NCBI GenBank assembly: GCA_964558645.1
Contig: CAZLEV010000003.1
Location: forward strand, 32,001-96,000
DNA length: 64,000 nucleotides
Origin: an uncultured archaeon
GTDB lineage: Archaea; Asgardarchaeota; Thorarchaeia; Thorarchaeales; Thorarchaeaceae
Direction of reading: 5' to 3'
Shown piece by piece: positions 47,597 to 57,560 of the stretch; position 1 is the first letter of the stretch; each line of letters starts with the position of its first letter. The translations under genes were made by a program, and so were the position numbers. Under the pieces are notes generated by a model, which worked only from the letters and a program-made list of their open reading frames with translations, did no database searches and was not told the DNA's origin.

Positions 47597-49027
47597 ATGA
47601 CATTATTGGAAGAAATTCATGCGTATATCGATAGTCACAGCGATGTTCATCTTGAGGGCTTGCAGGATTTTGTCAAGCATCCAAGTATTTCAGTTGAGGG
47701 TCGCGGTACACGCGAGTGTGCCCGGTTTATCAATCAGTGGATGGTTGAAATCGGGTTTCAGATGGTTGAGCTCTACACCCCCGAAGGGAATCCAACTATA
47801 TACGGTGAATATTCCTCCTCGGCTAATCCGGATAAGACACTCTTGCTATATGGCGCATACGATAGCAATCCTGTGGAAGAGGAAAAATGGCATTCTCCTC
47901 CATTCAGCGGCGAAATCGTTGAGAAGCCGGGGTTGGGTAAGTGTTTGGTCGCCAGAGGTGTCAATAACAAGATGAAAGTGACAGGCATCCTAAATGCGAT
48001 TTCTAGTATTCAAAGTGTTTCCGAGGATCTTCCTGTAAACATCATTGTCGTTATCGATGGTGAAGAAGAGATGTTCAGTCCGAATCTTCCATCTTTTGTT
48101 TCAGAATACGCCGAGCATCTGAAGGCTGCAGATGCTCTTTACATGCCCTTCTCTTCTCAGAATTCTAAGGGCGTAGCTAGGGTTCAACTTGGCTATAAGG
48201 GAGTTTCATATCTTGAGTTGAGCTGTTCACACGAAACGTGGCATAGAGGCCCGAGTGATGAGATTCATAGTATGCACAGAGCCGCGGTTGACAATCCTGT
48301 GTGGTATCTGATCCACGCACTGGCATCCATGACAACCAAGAACGGCAACGAAGTTGTAGTCAATGGATTCGGTGATGCTATTGCTCCTCCTGAGCCGGGT
48401 TTTGTGAAGCTTGTAGAGAGTCTAGCTGAAGACTTCGATGTCAGCTCCTACAAAGAAGGGCTGGGAGTAGATCATCTCATGGATGATGAAGAAGAGCCGT
48501 TGGATGTGCTCAAGAAACTCTTCTTCACGTCACAAATCAACATAGACGGGATTTGGGGCGGCTACATTGGAGAAGGCGCAGAGGCGGTTGTTCCGCCAGA
48601 AGCAAGGGCCAAGCTTGACATCCGACTTATTCCTGAACAGAAACCTGTTAGGGTCCGCAGGCTAATCGAGAATCACCTTACATTACACGGCTTCAATGGA
48701 ATCACTATTGATGAATTGGCGGCAGTTGAGACTTGTCGAACCTCAGTAGATGATGAAATCGCAAGGTCTCTGATTCAGGCCTACGATAGCATCGGGGTTC
48801 ATGCTCAGGTATGGCCCAGCTCATTGGCCACGATTCCCATCTATGTCTTCAACCAGCCCCCGTTGAGCCTGCCGTTTGCCACTGGCTGTGTCGGCTTCGG
48901 TGGTCACACTCACGGAAGCAATGAGTATTTCGTTGTTGAAGGGAACGGCGACATTCAGGGGTTGGCGGGTTACGAGAAACTCATTGCGTCTGTTATCTGC
49001 CATTTTGGGCAATGTAATAGGACATAG
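47597..49027 (+). CDS. M20 family metallo-hydrolase (dipeptidase/deacylase) with variant ligands
   Basis: PSISVE, LLYGAYD, W.SPPF, ARG, GEEE, KLDIRLIPEQ, HGSNEY. Confidence 0.88.
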   Translation: MTLLEEIHAYIDSHSDVHLEGLQDFVKHPSISVEGRGTRECARFINQWMVEIGFQMVELYTPEGNPTIYGEYSSSANPDKTLLLYGAYDSNPVEEEKWHSPPFSGEIVEKPGLGKCLVARGVNNKMKVTGILNAISSIQSVSEDLPVNIIVVIDGEEEMFSPNLPSFVSEYAEHLKAADALYMPFSSQNSKGVARVQLGYKGVSYLELSCSHETWHRGPSDEIHSMHRAAVDNPVWYLIHALASMTTKNGNEVVVNGFGDAIAPPEPGFVKLVESLAEDFDVSSYKEGLGVDHLMDDEEEPLDVLKKLFFTSQINIDGIWGGYIGEGAEAVVPPEARAKLDIRLIPEQKPVRVRRLIENHLTLHGFNGITIDELAAVETCRTSVDDEIARSLIQAYDSIGVHAQVWPSSLATIPIYVFNQPPLSLPFATGCVGFGGHTHGSNEYFVVEGNGDIQGLAGYEKLIASVICHFGQCNRT

Positions 49028-49222
49028 AATGGAGTCTTCGTTCTGCCGAGGATTAGTGTGTGACGCGATGCAGCAGATATCTCTCCGCCTAACACCTTAG
49101 TCGAGGGTGGAGTTGTGGCCATCGAGTATTCGTGCCAATATTCCTTGTAAGGATGACTCCTCTAATCGAAAAAGAAAACACGTTTATATATTGCGTCGAT
49201 ATTCATCCAATGGCTGATTAAA

Positions 49223-50206
49223 ATGAAGATATTCTCCGACATCGATGATATTCTAAAGAAAAAAGGGGTTGTTGAATCCGGGTGGTTAAGAGTATCAACT
49301 CGGTCAGATGGTTCGCCGTATGGTATTCCCATTAACGTACTATGTGGGGACGAGTCTGGGCCTGTCTTCCTTGTTGAGGCCTGTTGTCACGGTGATGAGG
49401 CCGAGGGCACACTCGCTGCTGTCAGCTTGGTGAGAGAACTGGACACCAGTGCTATTAGAGGGAGCGTCATCGTCGTTCCTGCTCTGAATACTAGGGCATA
49501 CGAGTCATGTACAAGGGGTAATCCTGATGAGAGATACAACTATGACATGAACCGTCTCTTCCCTGGCAATCCAGACGGTTCCGTGTCACAGAAAATCATC
49601 CATACCTATGTTTCAAAAATCGTGTCAAGAGCAGACTATGTAGTTTCTTTGCACGGCGGTGGCAACCTCTTCTATCTTGCGAACCGCGTTATGGTAAGCA
49701 AAGACCCGAAGTCGATACAGTTGGCAAAGGCAATGGGCCCAGAGTGGACGTATCTGCATCAGAGCCATCATCCGGGGACACTCTTGGTGGAATGTGCCGA
49801 CCGGGGAATCCCCTGCGTAATTGCCGAGCTCGGTGGTTCAAGTAACAGGCTCCCGGATGCTCTAATGAGAAATGTCAGTGCCTTTGTGGATGCAGTGAAA
49901 AACATCATGAGATCTGTGGGAGTTATAGAGGGAGATGTCGCGTTTCCAAAGAGATGGGGGGTTCTTGAAGGAACGAATGTGCGGTGTAGATTCGGTGGAA
50001 TCATGATGCCCACGGAAAAATGCAGAATCCGTACGGATGTCAAGAAGGGCGATCACATGGTGACAATCTATGACCTCTTCGGCAAAGAACTAGAGAAGGT
50101 ACTAGCGCCTCAAGATGGCATGGTCTTGGGAGTACCTGTACTCCCGGTTGCTTATCCGGGCAACAACATTCTTACTATAGCAAGAGTGAGCGAGTGGATT
50201 GAGTGA
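49223..50206 (+). CDS. Succinylglutamate desuccinylase/aspartoacylase (M14) family deacylase
   Basis: HGDE, DMNRLFPG, SLHGG, AELGG, C-terminal hybrid domain. Confidence 0.92.
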   Translation: MKIFSDIDDILKKKGVVESGWLRVSTRSDGSPYGIPINVLCGDESGPVFLVEACCHGDEAEGTLAAVSLVRELDTSAIRGSVIVVPALNTRAYESCTRGNPDERYNYDMNRLFPGNPDGSVSQKIIHTYVSKIVSRADYVVSLHGGGNLFYLANRVMVSKDPKSIQLAKAMGPEWTYLHQSHHPGTLLVECADRGIPCVIAELGGSSNRLPDALMRNVSAFVDAVKNIMRSVGVIEGDVAFPKRWGVLEGTNVRCRFGGIMMPTEKCRIRTDVKKGDHMVTIYDLFGKELEKVLAPQDGMVLGVPVLPVAYPGNNILTIARVSEWIE

Positions 50207-50230
50207 CTTCAGTTAAGGGATTGAGTGTCA

Positions 50231-51094
50231 ATGAAAGCACAAGTCAGTCTGACGGTTTCGGAAGCTAAGAGAATCATAGCAAAAGGGATCGCATCCAGAA
50301 CTGATGTCAAAAACGCACTTGAACAAGGCCGCATTCTTCTCAAGGGCGGGACGACGGTTTCTGCTATTGCAGACGAACTCATCGGACGAAGTCTGAGAAT
50401 TGGTGGTCGAATAACACCGAGGGGTACTAAGAACGCACTTGAGAAACATAACCAGCCGCACTGTGTTCTTGTTGATAGAGATTCAATTCGAGATGCTGAC
50501 ACAGACATCGAAGAAATCACCGGTAGTCTAGGCCGAGATGACATGATTATCACAAGTGCAAACGCAATCGATGCTGGTGGGAATGCTGCCATGATGGCAG
50601 CAGCTCCTCTTGGGCATTATCCTGGTCGCGCTATGGGTGGATTCTCTAGTCAAGGCTGCAAAGTGATAATTGCAGTGGGTCTTGAGAAGATGATTCCTGG
50701 GACCATTAGGCAAGCCATCCTTGCATCGGGTCGAGAGTCGATTGACATGGCGTTGGGGTCAGCTGTTGGCTTGATCCCACTGACTGGAGAAGTATTCACT
50801 GAATTGGAGGCCATCTCGACTCTTGCAGATGTCGAAGTCACCGTCATTGGCGCGGGAGGCATCCTGGGAGCTGAAGGATCAACTACAATGGTTATTGATG
50901 GACCTGAAAACCAAGTTAGAGCTATCCTTGATACCATAATCTCTATCAAAGGTGCAATAATCAGTGGAACATCAGAAAGCCTTGAAGAATGCGTGCAAGG
51001 TTGTCGTCAATGTCGCAATCATCTTGCCTGCATGTACAAGCTTGGAATGCTTGCCGAGAATTTTTCAAGAATCAAGAAGGATAGAGAGAAATAA
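50231..51094 (+). CDS. Hypothetical NagB/RpiA/CoA-transferase-like fold protein with C-terminal Cys cluster
   Basis: LTVSEAKRIIAKG, GGTT, SANAID, VGLEK, GAGG..GAEG; C-x3-C-x2-C-x2-H-x2-C tail. Confidence 0.65.
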   Translation: MKAQVSLTVSEAKRIIAKGIASRTDVKNALEQGRILLKGGTTVSAIADELIGRSLRIGGRITPRGTKNALEKHNQPHCVLVDRDSIRDADTDIEEITGSLGRDDMIITSANAIDAGGNAAMMAAAPLGHYPGRAMGGFSSQGCKVIIAVGLEKMIPGTIRQAILASGRESIDMALGSAVGLIPLTGEVFTELEAISTLADVEVTVIGAGGILGAEGSTTMVIDGPENQVRAILDTIISIKGAIISGTSESLEECVQGCRQCRNHLACMYKLGMLAENFSRIKKDREK

Positions 51095-51141
51095 ATGCAT
51101 GTATTTTCTGTATTTACATATATTCACGAAGGTGTCCGTTA

Positions 51142-51462
51142 ATGGCTAAAGAATATAAAACTCCTTATGAAACGCACGAAATTGTCGCAGAAGTTGTATC
51201 AGTGCACGGACTGGGCGGCGAAGATACAGGCGGAAAAGGTCCTTGTAGATACTACAAACCGGGTGACAAAATACTGTTCAAAGAGGCCGAGATAGAAGGC
51301 GTGATTTGCTATAGCGCACTGGTCACAATGATGCACAAGATTCATCCCATGCGAGTTGGCTTCCAATATCCTTGGGCAAAAGATGGTATTATTGTACATG
51401 CCTGCCCAGATGCAGCTAGGCCAGTGGTGTTTCATATTCGAAGAGCTGAGAAGAAAGAATAG
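51142..51462 (+). CDS. TIGR04076-like small Cys protein
   Basis: GPC..YKPGD, IC.SAL, ACPD...PVVF.I.R. Confidence 0.75.
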   Translation: MAKEYKTPYETHEIVAEVVSVHGLGGEDTGGKGPCRYYKPGDKILFKEAEIEGVICYSALVTMMHKIHPMRVGFQYPWAKDGIIVHACPDAARPVVFHIRRAEKKE

Positions 51463-51480
51463 AATTGATGGTGATGTTGA

Positions 51481-52836
51481 TTGCCTACTGTAAGTGAAGT
51501 ACTGGCTGATTGGGCAGCGGGGATAGATCTTAGTGAAGTTCCCAAGGACTTTGTAGAAGCTGCCAAGATGGATATACTTGATATACTGGGATGCGGGCTA
51601 TTCGGTTCCAATCTGCCGTGGGTTCGGATATCCTCAGGACTTGTCAAGGACTGGGGCGGCAAAGAGGAAGCGACTGTCTGGGGGCACGACTGGAAGGCGC
51701 CAGCTGTAAACGCTGTCTTAGCTAATGCTCATGCAGTCAATTCGTTCGAGTTCGATGACACGTATGTCCCCACAGGAATTCACCCTGGCGCCCTTGTTGT
51801 GACTTCAGCAATTGCTTCCGCGGAGTGCTTGGATTCAGTGAGTGGAACTGAACTCCTTGGTGCTGTTTTTGCTGGGCATGAAGTATCTGCCAGAGTCAGG
51901 GCTGGGTTGGGCTGGTCTATTCTGCACGGATGGAATAGCACTGCGATATGCTCGACCTTTGGGGCTGCTGTTGCTTCCGCTAAGATCATGGCCCTTGACA
52001 CCGACGGAATCGTCAATGCCATGGGGATTGCAGGTCCTTACGTTGGAGGTCTGCTTACATATGGTTTTGGAGCTATGGCAAAACGACTTGTAAACGCGCG
52101 TTCGGCCCAAGGTGCAATCATGGCATCTTTTTTGGCAGCGCGAGGATTTACCGGATTCAGAGACATCCTTGAGTCTCCTCAGGGTGGATTCTGCTTAGCT
52201 CATTCACCAGATTGCACGATTGATCAGATACTTGAGGGACTAGGAGAAATCTACGAAATCAGCAAACTGAGACTGAAGAAATACCCCTGTTGCACAAGCT
52301 TCCATGCCGTAGTTGACGCCGTTGCCGAAATCATCGATGAACATTCGCTGAAGCCTGATGAAATTAGGAGAGTTACGATTCAGACAACATCAGGTGCCCT
52401 CAAGAACAACGTCGGTGACGCCTATGACAATATTTCTTCTGCTCAGATGAGCATGGAATATGCGGTCGCCGCAAGGATTGTCGACGGGGAGCTAGGCATC
52501 GGCCAGTACACTGATGAAAGAATAAGAGATTCCGAGCTTAGAGCCATGGTCCAGCGCACTGCAACAGAAGTTGACCCGAATCTAGATGCGAGAGGGCTTG
52601 ACAACAGGATGGCTGCGAAAGCAGAAATTGAAACCAACCATGGGCTCACTGTTAAGAGCTCGTATATTCTCCAGCCCAAGAAGATGACTCAGAACGAGGT
52701 CGTGGAGAAGTTCCGGAAGCTTGCTCAGACCTGTCTGGAAGAAGATAGGGTTGAGGATATCATAGAACTGGTCATGAATATGAGGAATTGTGACGATGTC
52801 AGAGATCTGACATCATTGCTCAGCAAGGAAACATAA
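51481..52836 (+). CDS. MmgE/PrpD family protein
   Basis: ILDILGC, AHAVNSFEFDD, HPG, AARGFTG, KKYPCC..FHA. Confidence 0.9.
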   Translation: MPTVSEVLADWAAGIDLSEVPKDFVEAAKMDILDILGCGLFGSNLPWVRISSGLVKDWGGKEEATVWGHDWKAPAVNAVLANAHAVNSFEFDDTYVPTGIHPGALVVTSAIASAECLDSVSGTELLGAVFAGHEVSARVRAGLGWSILHGWNSTAICSTFGAAVASAKIMALDTDGIVNAMGIAGPYVGGLLTYGFGAMAKRLVNARSAQGAIMASFLAARGFTGFRDILESPQGGFCLAHSPDCTIDQILEGLGEIYEISKLRLKKYPCCTSFHAVVDAVAEIIDEHSLKPDEIRRVTIQTTSGALKNNVGDAYDNISSAQMSMEYAVAARIVDGELGIGQYTDERIRDSELRAMVQRTATEVDPNLDARGLDNRMAAKAEIETNHGLTVKSSYILQPKKMTQNEVVEKFRKLAQTCLEEDRVEDIIELVMNMRNCDDVRDLTSLLSKET

Positions 52837-52843
52837 CGAGAGA

Positions 52844-53905
52844 ATGGTGTATAAGATGAAGAATAACAGCAATTTTACAATTCTTGCGCACACAGACTAT
52901 CTCATTGATGTAGCTGAAAGGCGTAGTCGTGGAGAAACGCATGTTTTCGAACGTAGACACTACCCAGTTCTGAAAGAAGGAGGAGTGAACGTCATTTGTG
53001 ATCACGTTGGCGGTGGCACTAATATGTTCTCTCTTTTCCCCTTGAGTAAAATAGTTACAAATGCAGACCCTCTTGAGCGGTCGCTGAGCGGGATAGATTA
53101 CATGCGGAGTGAAGCGCAAGAGAGCACAGAGAGGGTTTCCATAATCACTCAGTACAGTGATTTCGAGCAAATCGTGGGAGAAAAAAACCTGGGAATAGTG
53201 CTGTGCTTACAGGGAGGTTCGCCGATTCGGCAAGACTTAGCTCTTCTTCGCACCTTTTATCGACTCGGGATTCGATGCCTGCATCTCACAGCAAACCGAA
53301 GGAATCAGATATCTGATAGCTGCATGGGGCGAACTAGTGGCGGACTGACAGAGTTTGGTGTCAGTGTTGTAGAAGAGATGAATAGACTTGGCATGGTGAT
53401 AGACATCTCACAGCTCTCACCGAAGGGATGCCACGATGTACTTGAGTTATCTTCCGATCCAGTAATAGCTTCGAATTCTAATGCCAAATCACTTTGTAGC
53501 CATCCGCGGAATCTTGATGACGATGTCATAGAGAAAGTCGGGTCAAACGGTGGAGTTATCTGTATCCACTGTCTACCTGCTTTTCTTGTTGATTCAGGAC
53601 AGGCATCAGTCAGAGATATGGTCAGACATATTGAATGTATAGATGGCCTCATTGGTATAGAACATGTGGGGGTTGGCCCCGATTTGCTTGAGAACTGGCC
53701 TGAAGAACAGCATGCCGCCATATGGGAATCGGGACAGGATCTGGGTAACAAGACGATACAGTTTGAATACCCCGACGGGTTTCAGAGTATCTCTGATATG
53801 CCTAATCTACGTGCGAGCCTGCTGGAGCAAGGGTATTCTGAGGATGATGTGAGTGGAGTAATGGGCAACAACCTTCTGAGAGTCTTTCGCCGTGTATGGA
53901 AGTAG
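52844..53905 (+). CDS. Membrane dipeptidase (M19) family protein with altered metal site
   Basis: HTD, FYRLGIR, GLTEFG..VVEEMNRLGMVID, HPRNL.D, HVGVGPD, MGNNLLRV. Confidence 0.9.
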   Translation: MVYKMKNNSNFTILAHTDYLIDVAERRSRGETHVFERRHYPVLKEGGVNVICDHVGGGTNMFSLFPLSKIVTNADPLERSLSGIDYMRSEAQESTERVSIITQYSDFEQIVGEKNLGIVLCLQGGSPIRQDLALLRTFYRLGIRCLHLTANRRNQISDSCMGRTSGGLTEFGVSVVEEMNRLGMVIDISQLSPKGCHDVLELSSDPVIASNSNAKSLCSHPRNLDDDVIEKVGSNGGVICIHCLPAFLVDSGQASVRDMVRHIECIDGLIGIEHVGVGPDLLENWPEEQHAAIWESGQDLGNKTIQFEYPDGFQSISDMPNLRASLLEQGYSEDDVSGVMGNNLLRVFRRVWK

Positions 53906-54584
53906 TAATGATGCATATCGCTACTGAATTCAAAGGAGTTATTTGAACTGCTCATGTGGATGTGCCGATAATCTGCAGATACAGGCTTTCTATGGTCTTG
54001 TCTTGAACCTCATTACGATTCGCCCGTTCATCTAAACTCCCTTCTGTTTGGAGAGCAACATGCAAAGGGTCACTGCCATCATTCCATCATTGAGAGTATG
54101 CCTGCCGAAACAAGCATCGATTAGCGAGTCAAACACCGCGATGAAGGTAAGGCATGGGGGGTTCATCCCCCACTCTGCGAAGAGCAAAGATTGGTTTTGT
54201 CTTTGCGATAGGTACCTCTACCTTCAGTAATAGTTCCCTCTTTCCCTCTGATTAGGGGAATGCCTGCTGTTGCAGCCAACGAGAGTACACACGCTGTAAT
54301 GAACCTTCCCAGCGATCTTGGCTCTAAGATTGCTGTTCTGATAGTGATTACAACTGCGCTCTCATGAGCCGTGGTTGGGGGTCAGCGATGCAGTTTCGCA
54401 CTCTAGCGACTAGATCTAGGGGTTTTGTGTACTCCAGTTAGAGACCAGATCTGTACCCACATTCCTAGTTCTCAGGTTTCTGTCGACCTCAGTGTAATGG
54501 ACTGCTGGGACTACGCTCATGAGTCAAGGCAGACCATCGGCCCTATTCAGAGATTACACGACCGATTCACAAGGCATCGGGTTA

Positions 54585-55670
54585 TCACAATCTGTATTCG
54601 ACGTACTTTCCACCGCATGGAGAAGAATTGGCCACCCAGCACATCCTCTCCTTTGGTTGAAGGATGACGTTGCTTCGTGTTTGTATCCCTTCGCCGTGTC
54701 TACAGATTGAATTCGCGCCGTTTGGAGGCACATTTCCGTACTTGTGATCACTCATTATTTGCTTGGTTCTCTCAAAATCCAATTGACCGTAGTTATCAGT
54801 AAGCAGCTCCACGAGTCTGTCGTACCGTGCATAAGATGATGGATATTGATCTCGCGAAGCAGGTCCAAGGTATCTCATTTCTTTATTGTGATAATGGTTG
54901 GTGGAAACAATGAAATGATTCTTAGACTGAACGATGAAGAGCTTGTTCGTTGAGAAGCTTATTCTTGCGATGTTTCCGCCAGCGTCCACAATGTCAACAT
55001 TCTCACCTGCATGAGACCACTTTGGAACTTGCTTCACGTAATCAATGAATTCATCTACTGTACTGCAGGATTCTAGCCCGATTCTGGTGGCTATCAAAGG
55101 TGGCAGTCCAACTCCTCCGCCCCTCAGCTGTCGGATGCCCGATCCCACAAAGGTCAGTCCCTTCTGATTGAAACCGATTACCGATGGCCTACCAAGATTG
55201 CCTGCCAATCCCCGTCCTATGAAGCTGTACCGTTTCTTTGGATTGATGCGGAAAGTGAAGCCAATCCGCTTGTTCATCATATCTGGTGACCAGTCGGAGT
55301 TCTGACTCGCTATTTGCATTCCGTTTCGAGTGGCACTTCCTGAGGCCACAAATGACGAACACTGAGGAAGCGCATGTGAAACAGTGTCCCGGATTTCCCA
55401 GAAGAAGAGAATGAGCAAAGCTAAGGAGTAAGGAATTCCTGATCCGTCAGATATTCCCCTGGTTTCATCCAATATCTCGGGATGTGTGTTAGACAATAGC
55501 AGCTCGTAGCTATCAACAGCCTTCTCATAGGCACTCTCAGAAATGCCAAGGGTTGCCATGTCCTCTCTGACAAACGGAACCACCGTCTGTACAATGGTCG
55601 CTTGAAGCTCCTCGCCGTGTTGTCGGCCTATATCATAGTGTGACCCTTGGAGTCGAACCAGATCATTCAT
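54585..55670 (-). CDS. C45 family Ntn-hydrolase (acyl-CoA:6-APA acyltransferase/Tan-like)
   Basis: GSHYDIGRQHG, nucleophile QCSSF, QNSDW, GFNQKGL, STNHY, SICRH. Confidence 0.9.
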   Translation of the reverse strand: MNDLVRLQGSHYDIGRQHGEELQATIVQTVVPFVREDMATLGISESAYEKAVDSYELLLSNTHPEILDETRGISDGSGIPYSLALLILFFWEIRDTVSHALPQCSSFVASGSATRNGMQIASQNSDWSPDMMNKRIGFTFRINPKKRYSFIGRGLAGNLGRPSVIGFNQKGLTFVGSGIRQLRGGGVGLPPLIATRIGLESCSTVDEFIDYVKQVPKWSHAGENVDIVDAGGNIARISFSTNKLFIVQSKNHFIVSTNHYHNKEMRYLGPASRDQYPSSYARYDRLVELLTDNYGQLDFERTKQIMSDHKYGNVPPNGANSICRHGEGIQTRSNVILQPKERMCWVANSSPCGGKYVEYRL

Positions 55671-55749
55671 TTCTTACGTCCCTCGCATGAACGTAGACTC
55701 TCTCGAGTTGGGCACATCTTTTTCAGAGGTTGATTCCAGTTCAGATTAT

Positions 55750-56832
55750 TCAGTTCCATATGCTCACTTCTTGATATTGGTTTATGCATGGGGGTCCATG
55801 AGAAATCATCATCCTTACATTCGTCAGGTCAATGATCATGGACGCATTTGTCTGCATCTGGCGCAGGCTGGGAAGCTTCTCATCAGGATGGCGACAGACC
55901 GAGTGCGGTTTGCTGAAGTGATCCGTGAAAACTCTCTTGAAACTCTCGATTGATAAAGAGCCTACTTCCGATGAAAGAATCTTGTCCGCGCGATGTTTTC
56001 TGATTAGAGTGTCAGGCGATTTGAGTACCTTGTTATCTGTTACCTTTGGGTTGTTGGCTGTAAAGTGATTCGTATGGGTCAGAAAACCCGTTGAAGGAAA
56101 GATGAAGTCTGCAGTCTTTGGAGTGGCTTCAATGTCAACGCATTCGCCATCGACATGTGTGACGAGGTAGTTATGGGATGAACACCTGGGGACGGCAGTT
56201 ACAGCCTTTATTGCGTCGACAAAATTACTGCTAGAGAGTATTCCTCGTTTGATGAAGAGGTGCGGGATTCCTTCCATTGACCAACCACTGGAAAGCAGGG
56301 AATTCGCACAGAGGCCGATACCTGCTGAATTAATCCCATTGCCGCCGATTGTTCCGGCCTCAGTGAACTGGAAAATGTCTGGACCCTCTTTCTGTTTTAT
56401 CCTAAGAAGAATGTGGGTCTGCTGAAACAACTCGCTCCAATCGTCGTTCTGACCGATGAGTGTGGTTCTTTCCTCTGTGCACTCCGGAAGTGCAGCAATC
56501 GTTGTGCAACCACTCCATACGCCATCTACCTTCAGACTGAAAAACTCGTAGACGGAATTCAGAAAGAGAATGACATCAAAGGTTGTATTCGCGCCTTCAG
56601 AGATTCCCTCCATTTCCTCTATCATTCTGGCGTCATATCTCTCTACGTGTTTTTGACATTCTTCTGCCTTCCGGACTGCCTTCTCCCAAGAGAGGCCGAA
56701 ATAGTCCTCCGAGTCGATAAGGGACCGAAGAATCTCTACTCTCTTGGCAATAAGCTTTGCGCACTTTGAACCATATTCGTGTCCCCGCTCGTACGGAGCT
56801 CCTTGGATGCTGATTTGTGGAAATTTGTTCAT
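55750..56832 (-). CDS. C45 family Ntn-hydrolase
   Basis: GAPYERGHEYG, GCTT, GQNDDW, TEAG, GINSAGI, HTNHF, SVCRH; start ATG 56832. Confidence 0.92.
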   Translation of the reverse strand: MNKFPQISIQGAPYERGHEYGSKCAKLIAKRVEILRSLIDSEDYFGLSWEKAVRKAEECQKHVERYDARMIEEMEGISEGANTTFDVILFLNSVYEFFSLKVDGVWSGCTTIAALPECTEERTTLIGQNDDWSELFQQTHILLRIKQKEGPDIFQFTEAGTIGGNGINSAGIGLCANSLLSSGWSMEGIPHLFIKRGILSSSNFVDAIKAVTAVPRCSSHNYLVTHVDGECVDIEATPKTADFIFPSTGFLTHTNHFTANNPKVTDNKVLKSPDTLIRKHRADKILSSEVGSLSIESFKRVFTDHFSKPHSVCRHPDEKLPSLRQMQTNASMIIDLTNVRMMISHGPPCINQYQEVSIWN

Positions 56833-56845
56833 TCGACCTTGACTC

Positions 56846-57349
56846 CTATTGGCCGTGTGTCCTGCTTGTCTGGTCAGACGCGTTGTGTCCAAATGTTATT
56901 TCATCATCAAGACCAATCTCCAAGGTTGCTGTTGTCCTATCTAATGTTGTCTTCATGATGCGTTTGAGGTTCTCTGATTCAGCATAGACCAAAATGTTGA
57001 GATGATTTGGCTCGTGAATGTCGCTGAAACCGACAACCCTCCCAATTCGCATGTCGCTGATGTGTACATCTTCACCCACCACAATGATGCCTCCTGAAGT
57101 GACTTCGAAGAAACCTAAATACAGGACAGATTCCACTACATCACCTGGCGAAACACCATCCTGATCGGTAGCTGTAATCTCTACGACGGTGTATCTTGGG
57201 AACGACCTGCTTCGCGGGAACATGAGATTTGTCCCCCTTTTCAGTAGCCTTAGGCCTGAAACCGCGACCATCTTCCCAAGGACAGCTCTCTTCTTTGAAC
57301 TCGCCCAATGGTCTGGTATCTTCTCACTTTGATATGGTTCATCTGTCAT
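56846..57349 (-). CDS. DUF6917-like small beta-barrel protein
   Basis: LGFFEV..GGII.VG.DV, IGRVVGF..HEPNHLNI. Confidence 0.65.
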   Translation of the reverse strand: MTDEPYQSEKIPDHWASSKKRAVLGKMVAVSGLRLLKRGTNLMFPRSRSFPRYTVVEITATDQDGVSPGDVVESVLYLGFFEVTSGGIIVVGEDVHISDMRIGRVVGFSDIHEPNHLNILVYAESENLKRIMKTTLDRTTATLEIGLDDEITFGHNASDQTSRTHGQ

Positions 57350-57560
57350 TTTGGTGGTCTCAAGGATTATTTGTGCTAATTTAGAGAATTATTGGAGCGT
57401 GGAGTAATATTGCCTTTATTTCTTTCGTTTTTTCATTCACCTGTGAGTACTCCATTAGGTAAGATACTGGGTCTTGAATCCAAAGGCAGTTTCGAAGCGC
57501 CAATTGTTGCCAAGATTTCGGGCTCAAGGGTGATCCACTGGATTCACGTTCACAGATATG

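Noticed and set aside
49083-49112. CCGCCTAACAC...GAGGG resembling twister ribozyme ends
   Set aside because: Too short; the catalytic core and pseudoknot segments are absent, so it is just a small hairpin
53906-54584. 680-nt gap between convergent operons with short ORFs
   Set aside because: No recognisable protein motif, terminal repeats or convincing RNA structure by eye; possibly eroded DNA
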